From Moniliella sp. 'wahieum' (lineage: Eukaryota): a stretch of DNA of 64,000 bases. Under the pieces are notes generated by a model. It was given only the letters and a program-made list of their open reading frames with translations. It made no database searches and was not told where the DNA came from. Numbering within the stretch: position 1 is the first letter of the stretch; each line of letters begins with the position of its first letter. The translations under genes and the position numbers were made by a program. The DNA is taken from contig RSEE01000001.1 in NCBI GenBank assembly GCA_003971905.1, positions 496,001 through 560,000 of the forward strand, written 5' to 3'. Below, in pieces: positions 63,020 through 64,000 of the stretch.

Positions 63020-64000
63020 TCACAGCAGATACGGACTGTCAATCACGCTGAACCCGACGGCGACGCCTCCTTCGTTGCTGTCCCGGCCTTTGGTCCGCAG
63101 CAAGTGGCCGCCACTGTTGTTGTCAACTACTTCCAGCGTCCCATCTGCCCGGCGACCAAAGAGCGCAGTGCCGTATATACCCAGCTCGGATACGACGTCA
63201 GGGGCGAGCGCTGCCTCCTCGAGCCACCACCCGCCTTGACCAGTAAGCTGCCCAAGCCCTTGGGGGGCTGGATGAGCGACATGAGAATGTATCCCTCCCG
63301 CTCCGAGGGGGCTTGAGAGCCAGCATTAGCCTTGTCCCGTTTCTCCATGGCTTGAAGTGCAGGTGGGATGTCGGTTTTGTAAATGTTGTTGCCCCCGCCC
63401 TCGCGTTGAGGTTTGAGCACAAACCGCTCTGGCTCGGTAAGGCAAGCTGATACGCCTTTTTGCCCTCCTCGGACGCAGGGTCAAGCGAGTAGAGCTCCGT
63501 CCAGGTTGACCGGACTTGAGCCAGAGTGGAGGCCTCCCAACGTTGGGTACCCTCTTCCTTGGCATCCAGGCCCGGCTGCAAGAAAGACTCATCACACCAG
63601 GTTGGGCCAGCACTTGCTGCACCTTCTTGGCGCCAGCTAACTGGAGAGCGACCGAGGGGCACTTGATCGCCCGGCTGCGCTCCAGCAACAAGCGCACATC
63701 CCAGCTTTTCTCGTTCCCAGCTCCTTCATAATCCGCAGGGGTGTACCCGGCACGGAAATATACCACAGACACTTCCGCCTGCTCCACCTCTTCTCCCGCC
63801 CCGACTTGGCCCAAGGAGGGGTGACCACAGCTCGTTGTTGGGAAGACGAAGTTTAGCTGCATCATCACTCGAAGGTGACGAGCCTGCCAGATCGGCGAGA
63901 GTGAGCCGAATGACTTCACGCCGTATCGCAAGGCCAGTGCATACTCGAGCGCACGCTGGTCAAACGCGTTGCGCTCGCCAGGCTGAACCACAAAGAGAAC
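63020..64000 (-). CDS. GSH2: Eukaryotic glutathione synthetase (3' part; 5' end outside the window)
   Basis: VQPGERNAFDQR, YFRAGYTP, LERSRAIKCPS, LAGAKKVQQ, VLKPQREGGGNNIY, YILMSLIQPP, SELGIYG, GHLLRTK...EGGVAVGFSVIDSPYLL*. Confidence 0.96.

Overview
Eukaryotic, GC-rich fungal DNA with short spliceosomal introns (GTRYGT...CTAAC...YAG). It is most consistent with a basidiomycete, probably Ustilaginomycotina (inference). Nearly every gene is broken by single-base indels. The two LTRs of a young retrotransposon differ only by indels, so most frameshifts are probably sequencing or assembly errors. About 16 protein-coding genes are recognisable: a CBM21 PP1 glycogen-targeting subunit, two paralogous DH-only RhoGEFs in opposite orientation near the two ends, a Zrg17-like CDF zinc transporter, GPD1, SPC25, RPB5, ATG18, AGX1, an Atf1/Sko1-type bZIP factor, an Mdm1/SNX14-type PXA-RGS-PX-PXC nexin, a Gre2-like reductase, the PP2A A subunit, a GH5 exo-beta-1,3-glucanase, DUO1, glyoxalase II and a 5'-truncated glutathione synthetase. 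A gene-poor, lower-GC island (~37-55 kb) holds a complete Ty1/Copia element (47971-53510, TSD GTAAG). That element is nested inside one of three decayed 3' fragments of an apparent restriction-like-endonuclease (RLE) non-LTR retrotransposon; another of these fragments is bracketed by a perfect 49-bp direct repeat next to a LINE ORF1 zinc-knuckle remnant. The most interesting observations are this RLE family, the inverted RhoGEF paralog pair, and the co-location of osmostress/methylglyoxal genes (GPD1, ATF1, GRE2-like, GLO2, GSH2). All assignments are by eye from motifs; no searches were run.
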